DNA of 63,673 nt, counting the filler, from Saprolegnia diclina VS20 (lineage: Eukaryota): assembly GCF_000281045.1 (NCBI RefSeq). It is 4 parts of one record of this genome, joined end to end, with 100 filler letters (N's around TTAATTAATTAA, not from the genome) between each part and the next. Parts side by side here need not be neighbours in the genome. Positions count along the whole stretch, not along the records: positions 1 to 21,397 come from NW_008246072.1; 3 more parts are not named here. One strand, 5' to 3'. This document shows positions 1 through 9,757 of this stretch, piece by piece (positions within the stretch are counted from its first letter, which is position 1; every line of letters begins with the position of its first letter). The position numbers and the translations under genes are program-made. The notes under the pieces were generated by a model. The model saw only the letters and a program-made list of their open reading frames with translations, was not told the DNA's origin and ran no database searches.

Positions 1-130
1 ATATCTCGTTTCTCGCACAATCCCGAGCGACGACCAAGCGCCCACCGCTTGACGCACTGGCCTTGCCTCACAAGCGCATTTGGAAGTCGACATTCTTCAT
101 CTCTTTCATTACAAGTTAACAACTCATTTC

Positions 131-151
131 AACAACAACAACAACAACAAC
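131..151 (+). repeat. (AAC)7 microsatellite
   Basis: aacaacaacaacaacaacaac read directly. Confidence 0.9.
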
Positions 152-942
152 GAGCGACGTAGAGTGGGAGTTGACTTGAATATGGCGGCGCGGAAGAAAC
201 GCGGGACACTTGTCCACGAAACTAGCGAAATCGTAGTACGTAGTAGTCCGAACTACACCTGCGTGACTTCGCCACACACGCGCATAGCACGCAGTCGATC
301 GACTTGTAGACTAAGAGAGCTATTCCGTTGCTTTCGACGAGGCACAACACCAAGCAATATAGATCGGATATTGTATCGCGATTAGAATGCACTTGAAAGC
401 GGACTTGAATTTTCGAGAGTTGCCCGCCGTTGGCTCGTTGTACACGGTGCCAGCTCCATTTCCCCCCGCAAAGTGGCCCGGGCCTAGAGAGGGCAGAGTC
501 TTTGATTTAACCAGTGCTCAAAACATTTATGAGATCCGCTCCAAAGTTTCTTCTCGATGTTTGCAAGTTCGACGAGCGAGATGAAATCGTCAAAACGACG
601 GATGGTTTCGATATTTCTCTGGAAATAATGCTCGATGATGCGGACTAGAACGAGCCCAGCATCACGGAATGGTAAGCCATCTTCCACGGAGCAATTGATC
701 AGGACCCGACAAGTTGCTCGGACATAGGAACGCGACCAGAACGAAAAGAATAGCTCTGCGGCGCAGTTGAACCTTCCTCGCCGTTTCTAGCATCTGTGCC
801 AAGCACATGCAGTCTTTGCCGTATGGAGTCTTCCCACCAGAAGAGACGGGAACCATATCAATGGAACGTGGCCGACGTCGCTCCGCCCTGCACATCCTCT
901 TAGCTCGGCAAGCACATCTCTCACCTGGTCAACTTGAGCTTC

Positions 943-2031
943 ATGAACAACCAATCACAAATGCGAAACCGTCCTCGCAGCCAATCAGCGCGCGAAACGG
1001 CCGCCACAAGTCAACCTGCGCTCATGAACGCTGTTGTCGGATCGCCGGACCTCTGGAGCATCCTCGCCGCCTACCAAGACGGCGTCTACGAAGACGCTCG
1101 CCCTTTCATCGCCATCGAGGCCCCTCTCTTGGCCCTTGATATTGCGTCGGGCCTCGAGAAGCTCGTGCCCGTGCTTGAGCACTGGTATGCAACGGTCTCG
1201 ACTGACATTGCGCGTCGCCGATGGCCGTACTTTGATGTGCGCTTGCCGTGGCTCTCGTCGTACGCTGCGTACTACGCGGCCAAGCTCGGCAAAGTCGACC
1301 GCCTCGCCGCCCTCCCAGCGCTGCGCTCGGTCGAGTCGCCCGAGGTCGTCGTCGAGCTCGCAATCGAGCACCACCAGCTGCACGTTTTAGAGTTTCTCCA
1401 TGCAACATTTGGCGCGTCAGCGCCATGGTTCACCAAGGACACGCTCACGGTCGCAGCCGCTGCGGGCAGCTTGCCGGTCGTCCGATATGTGTACAATAAT
1501 GTCGCTTGCGGCGGTACGTACGACGCATTCGACCTCGCGGCATCGTTTGGTCACTGGAATGTGGTTCTCTACCTGCACTTGCACACGCAGCTCGGAGCGA
1601 CGACAGCCGCCATGGACGAAGCGGCAGCTCATGGACATTTGCATATCGTGCGATTCCTCCTAGAGAACCGCAGTGAGGGCTGCACGATGGGCGCGATGGA
1701 CGGCGCTGCGGCCAACGGGCACTTGGACGTCGTGTCGTTCTTGCATCAGATGCGACGCGAAGGGTGCTCGACGCGTGCGCTGGACGGTGCAGTTGTGCAC
1801 GGTCATGACGCGGTCGCGCGCTTCTTGATCAAGAACCGTAGTGAAGGGTGTGGACCCAAAGCCCTTGCTGCCGCCGCCCTTCGACGCGATTCCACGATGC
1901 TCAAAGCACTGCTGGCGCACCAGCAGCGCCGCGCCAAGGCCAGTCAGAACCGCTTCAAGATGACGACGCACTTGATGCGCTGGCTCATCCCCGATTTCTT
2001 CCACAAGCGCACGGTCGCCCCGCCTTCATGA
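943..2031 (+). CDS. Ankyrin-repeat protein (oomycete expanded family), intronless
   Basis: Repeated AMDxAAxxGHLxxVxFL ankyrin units; N-terminal PDLWSILAAYQDG motif; first ATG at 943. Confidence 0.88.
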   Translation: MNNQSQMRNRPRSQSARETAATSQPALMNAVVGSPDLWSILAAYQDGVYEDARPFIAIEAPLLALDIASGLEKLVPVLEHWYATVSTDIARRRWPYFDVRLPWLSSYAAYYAAKLGKVDRLAALPALRSVESPEVVVELAIEHHQLHVLEFLHATFGASAPWFTKDTLTVAAAAGSLPVVRYVYNNVACGGTYDAFDLAASFGHWNVVLYLHLHTQLGATTAAMDEAAAHGHLHIVRFLLENRSEGCTMGAMDGAAANGHLDVVSFLHQMRREGCSTRALDGAVVHGHDAVARFLIKNRSEGCGPKALAAAALRRDSTMLKALLAHQQRRAKASQNRFKMTTHLMRWLIPDFFHKRTVAPPS

Positions 2032-2308
2032 CATCAGACTGAATCATACCTTCGAATCCCAAGGTACTTGCAGCCACGAGCTATTGTTAAATGCCACATC
2101 TACATAGTACCGCTTGCATCCCATTAGCTTTCTACTCCAAATCGATCGTGCAAAAATTGATCTATCTCTCTTCATGATCGCTTTTCGTGACGTGGCATCC
2201 TCGCCGACCGACACTGCAAAATGATTATATATTGGTCAAAATGCGAGCAATATACACCAATCAGCGACCAACGAAGGCGCCAAACTACAATCACTGGTGC
2301 CCACCACG

Positions 2309-2714
2309 ATGCTACCGCTCTGCCGTCGCGTGCTGGTCCGCGCTTGCTCGACGCTGCCACCGGCGCCCGAGGTCATTGCGCCCAAGAACTATGGCGACTT
2401 CAACACGCTCGCTGCGGTACGTCTCATCCCTCTTCTTATAGCTTATTGGTATGTAGGAGGTACGCGCGATCGCCAAGGCGCAGGCCAAGAAGCGCCTAGA
2501 GATGCCCGACACGCAGCTACTCAAGAGCCTCGAGCGCAACGACCTCATCCACGCCATTCGCAAGAAGCACGGCGGCTTCGTTGCGGTTGCCCAAAAGCTG
2601 AGTTTGCCTATTGTGACCAACACCACGAGCACCGAGGTCCATAAAAAGCTGGCGGTGCGTCAAAAGCGACGACGCGCGCGGCTCGTCGACCTCAAGAAAC
2701 ACAACGTATTTTAA
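2309..2714 (+). CDS. Small protein with possible mitochondrial presequence and an RxDLxxAIxxxHGGFxxVAxxL motif; 1 intron (2417-2456)
   Basis: A 40-bp GTAC...TAG phase-0 intron joins MLPLCRRVLVRACST... in frame to EVRAIAK...MPDTQLLKSLERNDLIHAIRKKHGGFVAVAQKL. Confidence 0.7.
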
Positions 2715-3119
2715 GAAATCAGGGCCAACTAACCGCCTTTGTCTTCTTCAAGCAACCTGCGACGGGTCCCTGCGCTCTCGACGGTCTTGTGGCCGTTTGT
2801 TTGCACTGGCATAACGCTACCAACGCACATGACCTCGTCGACAAACTAGCGACGTACTAGTATACATGAACGGCCTATGCAAAAAATTGCCGTCAGTTTA
2901 GTATCTGCTATTTCGCAAGCCTACAACAAGGTGACCATCAACGCAAATGTCCGTTGTGTGATGCATTGTGCGACTCGTACGATGTCCCGATGACTCGATG
3001 AGGTACTCTTCCTCTACCGTAGTAGTGAGGTCCTCAATGTGCTCTTGAAGAGAGAAGAGGCGACTATGCTGTACAAAGAAATTGAAAAATCATTTCTTAT
3101 TTCATGGCTCTGGCATTTA

Positions 3120-3625
3120 CTACCACAACTCGTCCTCGTCCTCAAGGTACATGTCAAAGACGAGGCGCCACTCTTGTGCAGGGCAGGGCTGGTCGACAAT
3201 AATGTCCCAGAGATGACAAATGGTCTCGTCGCCGCTCTTGACGTGAATGCACTTGGTAGGGTCTTTCATCGATCGAATGAGCGTCCCGTCGTAGTCCCAT
3301 TCCTGATTGAGCCACGAATGGTGCATGAGTTCCCAGAGCAGACACACGTCGCCGTTGAACGTCGGTCCGTGCTCGCAGAGGTTGATGCCTTTGGTCGAAT
3401 CGACCGCCGACCGGATGAAATGGCCGTCGAGAACCCACGCCTGCGCAGGGTTTCGCTTCGACTTGCTCGTTTGCCGAATAACGCACTTGTCGCCATCACG
3501 GCCGTCGTCATGGTCCAGCTGCAAGCACATGGACGGGTACTTGACCGACTGGAACCGGAACGCACGCCGCGGTCGCGGCTCGTCGTCAAAAATGTGGGTC
3601 GGCACACCGTTGTCATAGATGAGTG
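3120..3625 (-). CDS. Ricin-B (beta-trefoil) lectin domain exon; no in-frame ATG upstream of the domain
   Basis: Three QxW repeats (AQAW, NQEW, AQEW) with IRSxxDxTKxI repeats and Cys residues; candidate AATAG acceptor near 3626. Confidence 0.75.
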
Positions 3626-3894
3626 CTATTAATTCGTTTAACCGGATATGTCGAAAGTGCTACTATTGGCTTGGCGTACGGACCGGCTGCTTCGCCTCAC
3701 ATCATGGTTGTGTGGTGGGGGTGTGGGGGGGGGTGGTGCCAGCATTTCTGCGGACACCTACGTGGCGCAACCGCTGTATTACGGTTACGCCATAGTGGCA
3801 CTACCTCACTTATTCAGTGGGCTACCACCCTTAGACGGTACACGAACTTTTCAGCGCATGCAACGCCACGCGTCGTTTGTCGGGGTACCCCCAA

Positions 3895-4272
3895 TTAAGG
3901 TAAGGTACCCGGTCCTGCAATTCCCTTGTCAGTCCCTTTTCCCCGGTGGTTGTATCCGGTTTTAAGGGTCGGCACACCGTGTTGGCGACACTGTTCGATC
4001 GCATGGTACAGGGATCGAGCCTTGATCGCGATGTCGATGCCAATTTCTTGGAGGTCCTCGACGCAGCGGCAGTGGGCGAGCGCATGTCCATCAATCTCTT
4101 GGCGCAGGAAAAGCCACTTGTACGCGCTGCACTTGAGCGCCGAGAGCAGTTGGTACACTTGCAGAGCCGAGAGAGACGCCAAAGGAACTGTCGTCCCCGC
4201 ATCGACGACTGCATACGCGACGGGTACCTTGGACGACATAGTGTTGGTGGGCAATGAAGAAGTGACGTCCAT
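3895..4272 (-). CDS. SAM (sterile alpha motif) domain protein or exon
   Basis: LSALQVYQLLSALKCSAYKWLFLRQEIDGHAL...EDLQEIGI...KARSLYHAIEQ fits the SAM consensus. Confidence 0.75.
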   Translation of the reverse strand: MDVTSSLPTNTMSSKVPVAYAVVDAGTTVPLASLSALQVYQLLSALKCSAYKWLFLRQEIDGHALAHCRCVEDLQEIGIDIAIKARSLYHAIEQCRQHGVPTLKTGYNHRGKGTDKGIAGPGTLP

Positions 4273-4765
4273 TTAAGTCGCCAGCGCTTCACGGACGCCA
4301 ATGAATTGATATCAAGTTGATACTTTGAATCGATGAAAAGTGTCAAGTCCCGCCACGACCACAAACATTCATCAGTTCAAATCAAGACAGGCGGGTTGAT
4401 CATGTTGCCGATAGTATCCCGCAAGCCAGTCGACCGCCGTCACCTCGCATCGCGTTGCGTTGGACTTGCCGTGATGCAGTATCGTCTCGTGTCCCTAATG
4501 CTTGCGAATTCAACGTCATCTCGCCATCGTCCGGACCATGAGCTAAGCAGAAGAATCGTCATGGCGGGATGTATAGGTCCGCTCGTGTGTGGTCATGCAG
4601 CTTTCCCAGTCCGCCCACGGCGGTATGTCATCGACGGCCGATGTGGTTGCATGCTCCGACGCTTCGTGTTGAGCCAGGCACAAGGACACGTAGGTACGGT
4701 GAAACAAGAACGTTCACGCAACAAGAGCAACCAAACCAAGGGCCAAATATCAAATCAAGCACGAC

Positions 4766-6576
4766 TCACTGCACGGGGCACTGCTCGTCGTCGTCCTTCT
4801 CATCGGCCTCTGACTTGATGGGCTCGTTGAACGGCAGCGAGAGATTGCTTGCGATCGACTCGGTATCGTCGAGCTCCGAGGGCGGCGCGGCATTCTACAC
4901 AAACCATGAGGCGTCGCAGTCACGTCACACAACGTACCGCGGGCGACTGGCACGGGCATGAAAAACTGTTGGCGACACCGGCAAAGTAGCAATGGTTGCA
5001 GACTAACGTCGCCATGAGCCACGACGTACGAGCTTAGGATGCAGCATCTACCATGGCAGTGCTGGCTGCGGTGGGACCCGCACCGCTTGCAAATTTCACA
5101 GTGTTTGCGCGGCTGCTTGCTGGACCAGACCTTGTTGGTGCACCACGAGTAGTGGAACGTCGCATCGCACGCCGTGCACGAGACGGGAAATGCATACGTG
5201 CCATCGGGCTTGAGTTCGGGCTGCAGCAGCGTCTCGTACACGTGGCACGTCTAGGCGGCGATATGAGGGACATAGCTCGGAAGACGACGGAACGTACGCG
5301 GTGGGTGCCGCAGCTGCAGTCAATCTCGACGGGGCCCATGAGAATGTCTTCCATGCTCCGGATCTTGCTCAAATTTTGCATGAGGCATTTGTCGTGGATC
5401 ATCTTTTCGATTTGGATGCCTTTCTATCAATGTTTCAACACAGCATTGTAAACAGGACAGACACACATGGCGCGCGTACCTTGTGCATAGGCACGAACGG
5501 GTTGGAGCACTCTTGGCACTTGCAGTCGACACCACAGACCCGGCCGGCCTTGACGCAGGCGCAGCGGGCGTTCCGGCACTTGCCCGTGCACCGACAGCGT
5601 ACGTCTTCGGGCGCCTTGGCCGTCGATGCCACCGACTTGGTGTCGTCAAAATCAACTGGCTTCTTGACCTCAGCCTTGATGTCGACGGCCTCAGCGGGTG
5701 GCTTCTTGGACGGTCGTCGCGCCACGACGGGACCCGCGGCTTCAAATTGCTCAAACTCGGGCGAGACGAGCATGCGGCGCTTGCCTGCGTCCAGAGAGTA
5801 CGGGTGGGCAGGAGGGATCGACGGCGGTAGGACGTCGGGCATGGGTAGCGGCTGCTGCGACGGCGACTGCTGCTCTGCGCTCGTCTGTTGCTGGAAGCGG
5901 TTGAGCGGCCACATGGACATGGCCGTCGTCTTGAGCATCTTGGGTAGCGACGACGGGTCTTGCAAGGTCATTGACATCAAGGACGCTGCGGTCGCGGACG
6001 CCGCCGACGCCATGCTGTTGGGCAACGAGGTGGCCGGCGATGTGGCCGGCGGGATCATATCGGGGTGCAGCCGGCTCTGCGGGATCTCCTTCCACTGCGT
6101 CGGCGCCTCCTCGTCGATGGCTTCATTGAGCACTTTCCAGTCGATGCCGCCGCCACGGAACTCGGTCTCGCGCGGGCTCGGCATCGTGTCTACACCACCA
6201 CAAGCGCATGAGCATGAGGCAGGACAAAGCGCGGCCTACATGGCGAGAAGAGGTGAAGCAGTGCATCTTGTTCGGACTGCGAGTGGGCCGAGAGCGTGCC
6301 CGAGCCAAGCGACTGCTGCAGCCAGGCGAGCGTCGACGGCGACATGGTCACGGACGGCGACGCCGAGTTGAGCTGCGGGTCGAGGATGAAGGACGAGAAC
6401 GCGCTGTCGAGCTCATGCACTTGGTTGGGCCAGGACATGAGGTCGGCCTCATTCGTCTTCTCCTCGTCCGGGTCGAGGAAGTCGTCGAGGAGCGCGCTGT
6501 GCTGGTGCTCCGCCATCGTCGTCGCTTCTTCAAGCTTGTCGGACCGCCTTATCCGGAGTTGGGTTTTTGGATCCAT
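4766..6576 (-). CDS. CXC/CRC (tesmin/TSO1-like) domain protein with a C-terminal Cys/His zinc cluster; multi-exon
   Basis: CRCTGKCRNARCACVKAGRVCGVDCKCQECSNP; later HCEICKRCGSHRSQHC...CNHCYFAG; exons in ORFs 6190-6675, 5435-6184, 5034-5402, 4750-5241. Confidence 0.75.
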
Positions 6577-6753
6577 GGCCTGCCTCGAATAAAAATACGC
6601 GCGCCACACTTTTGAATTGTATTGAATATTGAAATACAGAGAAAAAACACACCGAAGATGACGAAACACCAACATTCGCCGCCATAATTGTGGCGCGTGC
6701 CACGTTTAAAGCAAATCCTTCGACATTTAGCTGCGACCAGGTTCAACGAGATG

Positions 6754-6810
6754 CAAGCGTCGATGAGCCTCATCGACGCTTGTTGGAGCCTCATCATGAG
6801 GCTCCAACAA
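6754..6810. repeat. Two abutting perfect palindromes (14-bp and 15-bp arms, 1-nt centres)
   Basis: caagcgtcgatgag-c-ctcatcgacgcttg and ttgttggagcctcat-c-atgaggctccaacaa. Confidence 0.92.
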
Positions 6811-6941
6811 TGGGACTAAACGCAAACCAAACTAGTCCCAACCATCATTAGCATCACCACATGCGATCGTGCAGTCTTTTGCCATCGAATTAGTCCACAA
6901 TAAAAGTTCTTATTGCGTCAGTCCTCAGCTTCGTCGCATCC

Positions 6942-7863
6942 TTAGCGTAGGAAGACCACGAGCCATGTCGCCAGCACCACCAAGTGCAGTCGTCGCAGCA
7001 CATCGTAGATGGATGGCGATCCATTGAGAAGACTCGGTGTGCACACAGGCAGCGCTTGCGTGCCGTCGCTCGTAAAAACATTCGATCGGAACGGTGACCC
7101 GGGAAATGGGAACCGGTAGTACTGCAACTCGCCGAGCTACACTGTATCGATGAGTCTCGGAGCAAAGAACGTTGACTGATGACATTGTTGGCGTAGGTGC
7201 TGATCTCGGGCTCGTAGCCATTGACGTACGCGGGATCGCCGCACCGCCAGAGGTCCTTGGCTTGCTAATGCAAGCGTCGTGTAAGCGACAGAAGATTCGA
7301 TCGTGTTTGTACCATGCACGCTTTAAAGTAGTTTTCGCAGACGCTGCGGCACATGACGAGGCTCACGCCTGCGTCGTCGCAGCGGGGAAAGTTGAGCCAG
7401 CACATGTAGTTGCGAAATGCATCTTGGCAATCACGGTTCTCCTACAAGAGTATTCGTTCCGTGTACAATGCTAAGTTGAGGCATACCGTGAAGCGCGGGA
7501 CGATCTCGCCCGTGTTGCCCCACTCGTCGCGCTCTATAACATACATTGTCCGGTCTGAACTATCGCAAGAAGCAACGCCGTACTTGCGTTGTTGAGGTCC
7601 ACGTCTTGCTCGAAATACTCGCGCTGCTTGACGAGCTTTTGGTACATTTGCGAGAGAAAGAGGTCCTTGGACTTGACCGAGTGGTTGTACCAAATCGTCT
7701 GCGCCTCGGGGATGCACGCCGTGTACTGCAAAAGTGGCCCGCAAAACGGCATGTACTGGAGAAACACGCTCGGCGTTTGGCACTCGCCCGTGCTCGCGCC
7801 CATGATGCGACAGGCCAGGAGCCCGCGCAGGGCCCCGAGTACAAGTAGAAGAAGGCCGCGCAT
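6942..7863 (-). CDS. Secreted or membrane-anchored Cys-rich protein, Frizzled-CRD/Mid1-FAM155-like; multi-exon
   Basis: Signal peptide MRGLLLLVLGALRGLLAC; YMPFCGPLLQYTACIP, CQDAFRNYMCWLNFPRC, MCRSVCENYFKAC; hydrophobic C-terminus LHLVVLATWLVVFLR. Confidence 0.72.
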
Positions 7864-7893
7864 CCCTTCAAGATCTTATTGTCGAGCGCATCG

Positions 7894-8194
7894 GATTGGA
7901 TGAAACGCATGGCATGGCAGTGTCCATATGGACGGTGATTGGCTGTTGGTGTAGCTGTTGGAGTGTGTCGTTGGCATTTTGACCAATCAATGATTGGTAA
8001 GCACTCACAGGGGTTGGGCGAGTACGAGTACGTGCCTGCTTCCGAACAAGCCAACGCGGAGGAGACCCACGCGTGACCGCATAGAAGAGGCGCGTGGCGG
8101 ACGGACGATTTCTCGTGCAGAAACAAGCGCCTTGACAATGCGTTAGAAACGTATGTGATTGGCTGAAAATACGGTTCCCATCGACCCTGATTGG
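7894..8194. promoter_or_regulatory. Cluster of CCAAT boxes around the start of the Cys-rich gene
   Basis: GATTGG at about 7894, 7937, 7992, 8157 and 8189, including palindromic accaatca-a-tgattggt at 7982-7998. Confidence 0.35.
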
Positions 8195-8475
8195 TGGGGA
8201 CACATAAAACCCGCCGTGAGGGGCGAACGTTGCTCTCTCAACTGACTGCCGCCTCCATGCCGCAGCGCTATGATGCATGCACCGTCGCGCCGATGGAAGG
8301 AAAGCTCATGGACTTCCAACTCTCGCCTTGCTGCATCTCGACGCAAGATCATGTGATAAAGATAAGCTTAGATTTCAAAATATTAGAGATTGGAAACGGA
8401 GGGCTATACAGACATGCACCAAGTAGAGGAATTCGTGGGTTGGTCGCGTGGGGTGGAAGACGGTGGGCTTGCTTT

Positions 8476-8763
8476 TTACATGGTCGTCTCGACGTCGTAC
8501 TGCGCGACGCGCGCCATGCACTGGTTGGAGATGATGGCTTTGAGCCGGTCGCGGATCGTGTCTTCGTTCAACACGGTCTCGTCCGAGCACAGCTGAAACA
8601 AGCGGTGCTCCATCTTGTACGCGAGCTTGGGGACTTTGTCGGTGATCGTCGTGACGTGGAGCGACGTGGACGAAGCGCTGTCATTGAGCAGCTTGGTGAT
8701 GATCATGAGGTGGCGGCGGCGCACGGCGGACAAACCCGCTTTCAATGGACCACTCGCCACCAT
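8476..8763 (-). CDS. Small stand-alone KIX-like (Med15/CBP-type) helical domain protein
   Basis: RRHLMIITKLL...DKVPKLAYKMEHRLFQLCSDE..LNEDTIRDRLK resembles the KIX_2 pattern. Confidence 0.55.
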   Translation of the reverse strand: MVASGPLKAGLSAVRRRHLMIITKLLNDSASSTSLHVTTITDKVPKLAYKMEHRLFQLCSDETVLNEDTIRDRLKAIISNQCMARVAQYDVETTM

Positions 8764-9757
8764 GTCTGCTCCACGACACCGCAAATCAAAAGTGCGGTGG
8801 CATTTCCAAAGTCGATTTAGCAAGCGCGTTTTCATATCTCATATCTTTGTCCTCAGCGTGTCTCTGTGGATCCAAAATGGCCGTTCCAAACTGTGGCCCC
8901 CATCCCAATTCACCATCGCATACTATTTTTCGAACGGCCGACCTGGCATCCGTACGTCGGAGCCTCCACACGCACCACGACTGCTATTTCGTTGCAAGTA
9001 CTGTTCATGAATGAAGGTACAAGGAGCGGTCGACGAGCACGGCTCTTATTCCGTATGTCCAACTCGGTCTTTGAGTCAGTATTGTTCATTTGATGTCAAC
9101 GCGCTTGCTTATTGATGGACGCCCACCTCGGCATAACCGCATCGGCTTGGTCGCAACTCGCTTCAACTGTATCTTGCGCGAGGGTGATGTGCTGGCTCAG
9201 ACCCGATCCGCTGGCGCACGTTCTGGTTCCTCGAAGGTTTCGAGTGGCACATGTGACGCCAGCGTACTCTGCTCGTCCCGCATTTCTCTCGGAAGCCTCC
9301 GCCGACACCGTTTCTCTGGCGCTGCAACCCAAAGTCCTTGTATCGGACGCGCGCCATCCACATCGTACGAATGGGATCGAGCAAGCCTAGCGCAATGGCC
9401 ACGCTACAAAAACACGACCGATCCCAACCCTACCCCTTTCATTTGAAATGCAATCCGAGAAAAGGACCAATCAGCGCCCGCAAATGCTGGGATCCATGAT
9501 CATGCAGTACCCTGCAGCTGCGCTGGCTGCTACTTCCGCAGTTGCGTACTCCGATACGATTACGAGGAGCGCGAGAAGGCGACCACGCGTGTCTGCAAGC
9601 GGAAGAAGCTGGCTGCGTGGTTATGCCTCATGGATACACGGCGTAGCGGTCGGGTTCCGACACGAGCGTGAGTGCCTGGTCGCACCAGACCGACGCACGG
9701 GCGTCACGCGCCACGTGGCATCACGAGGTTGTTGCACGCCGTACATTACGTATACGA

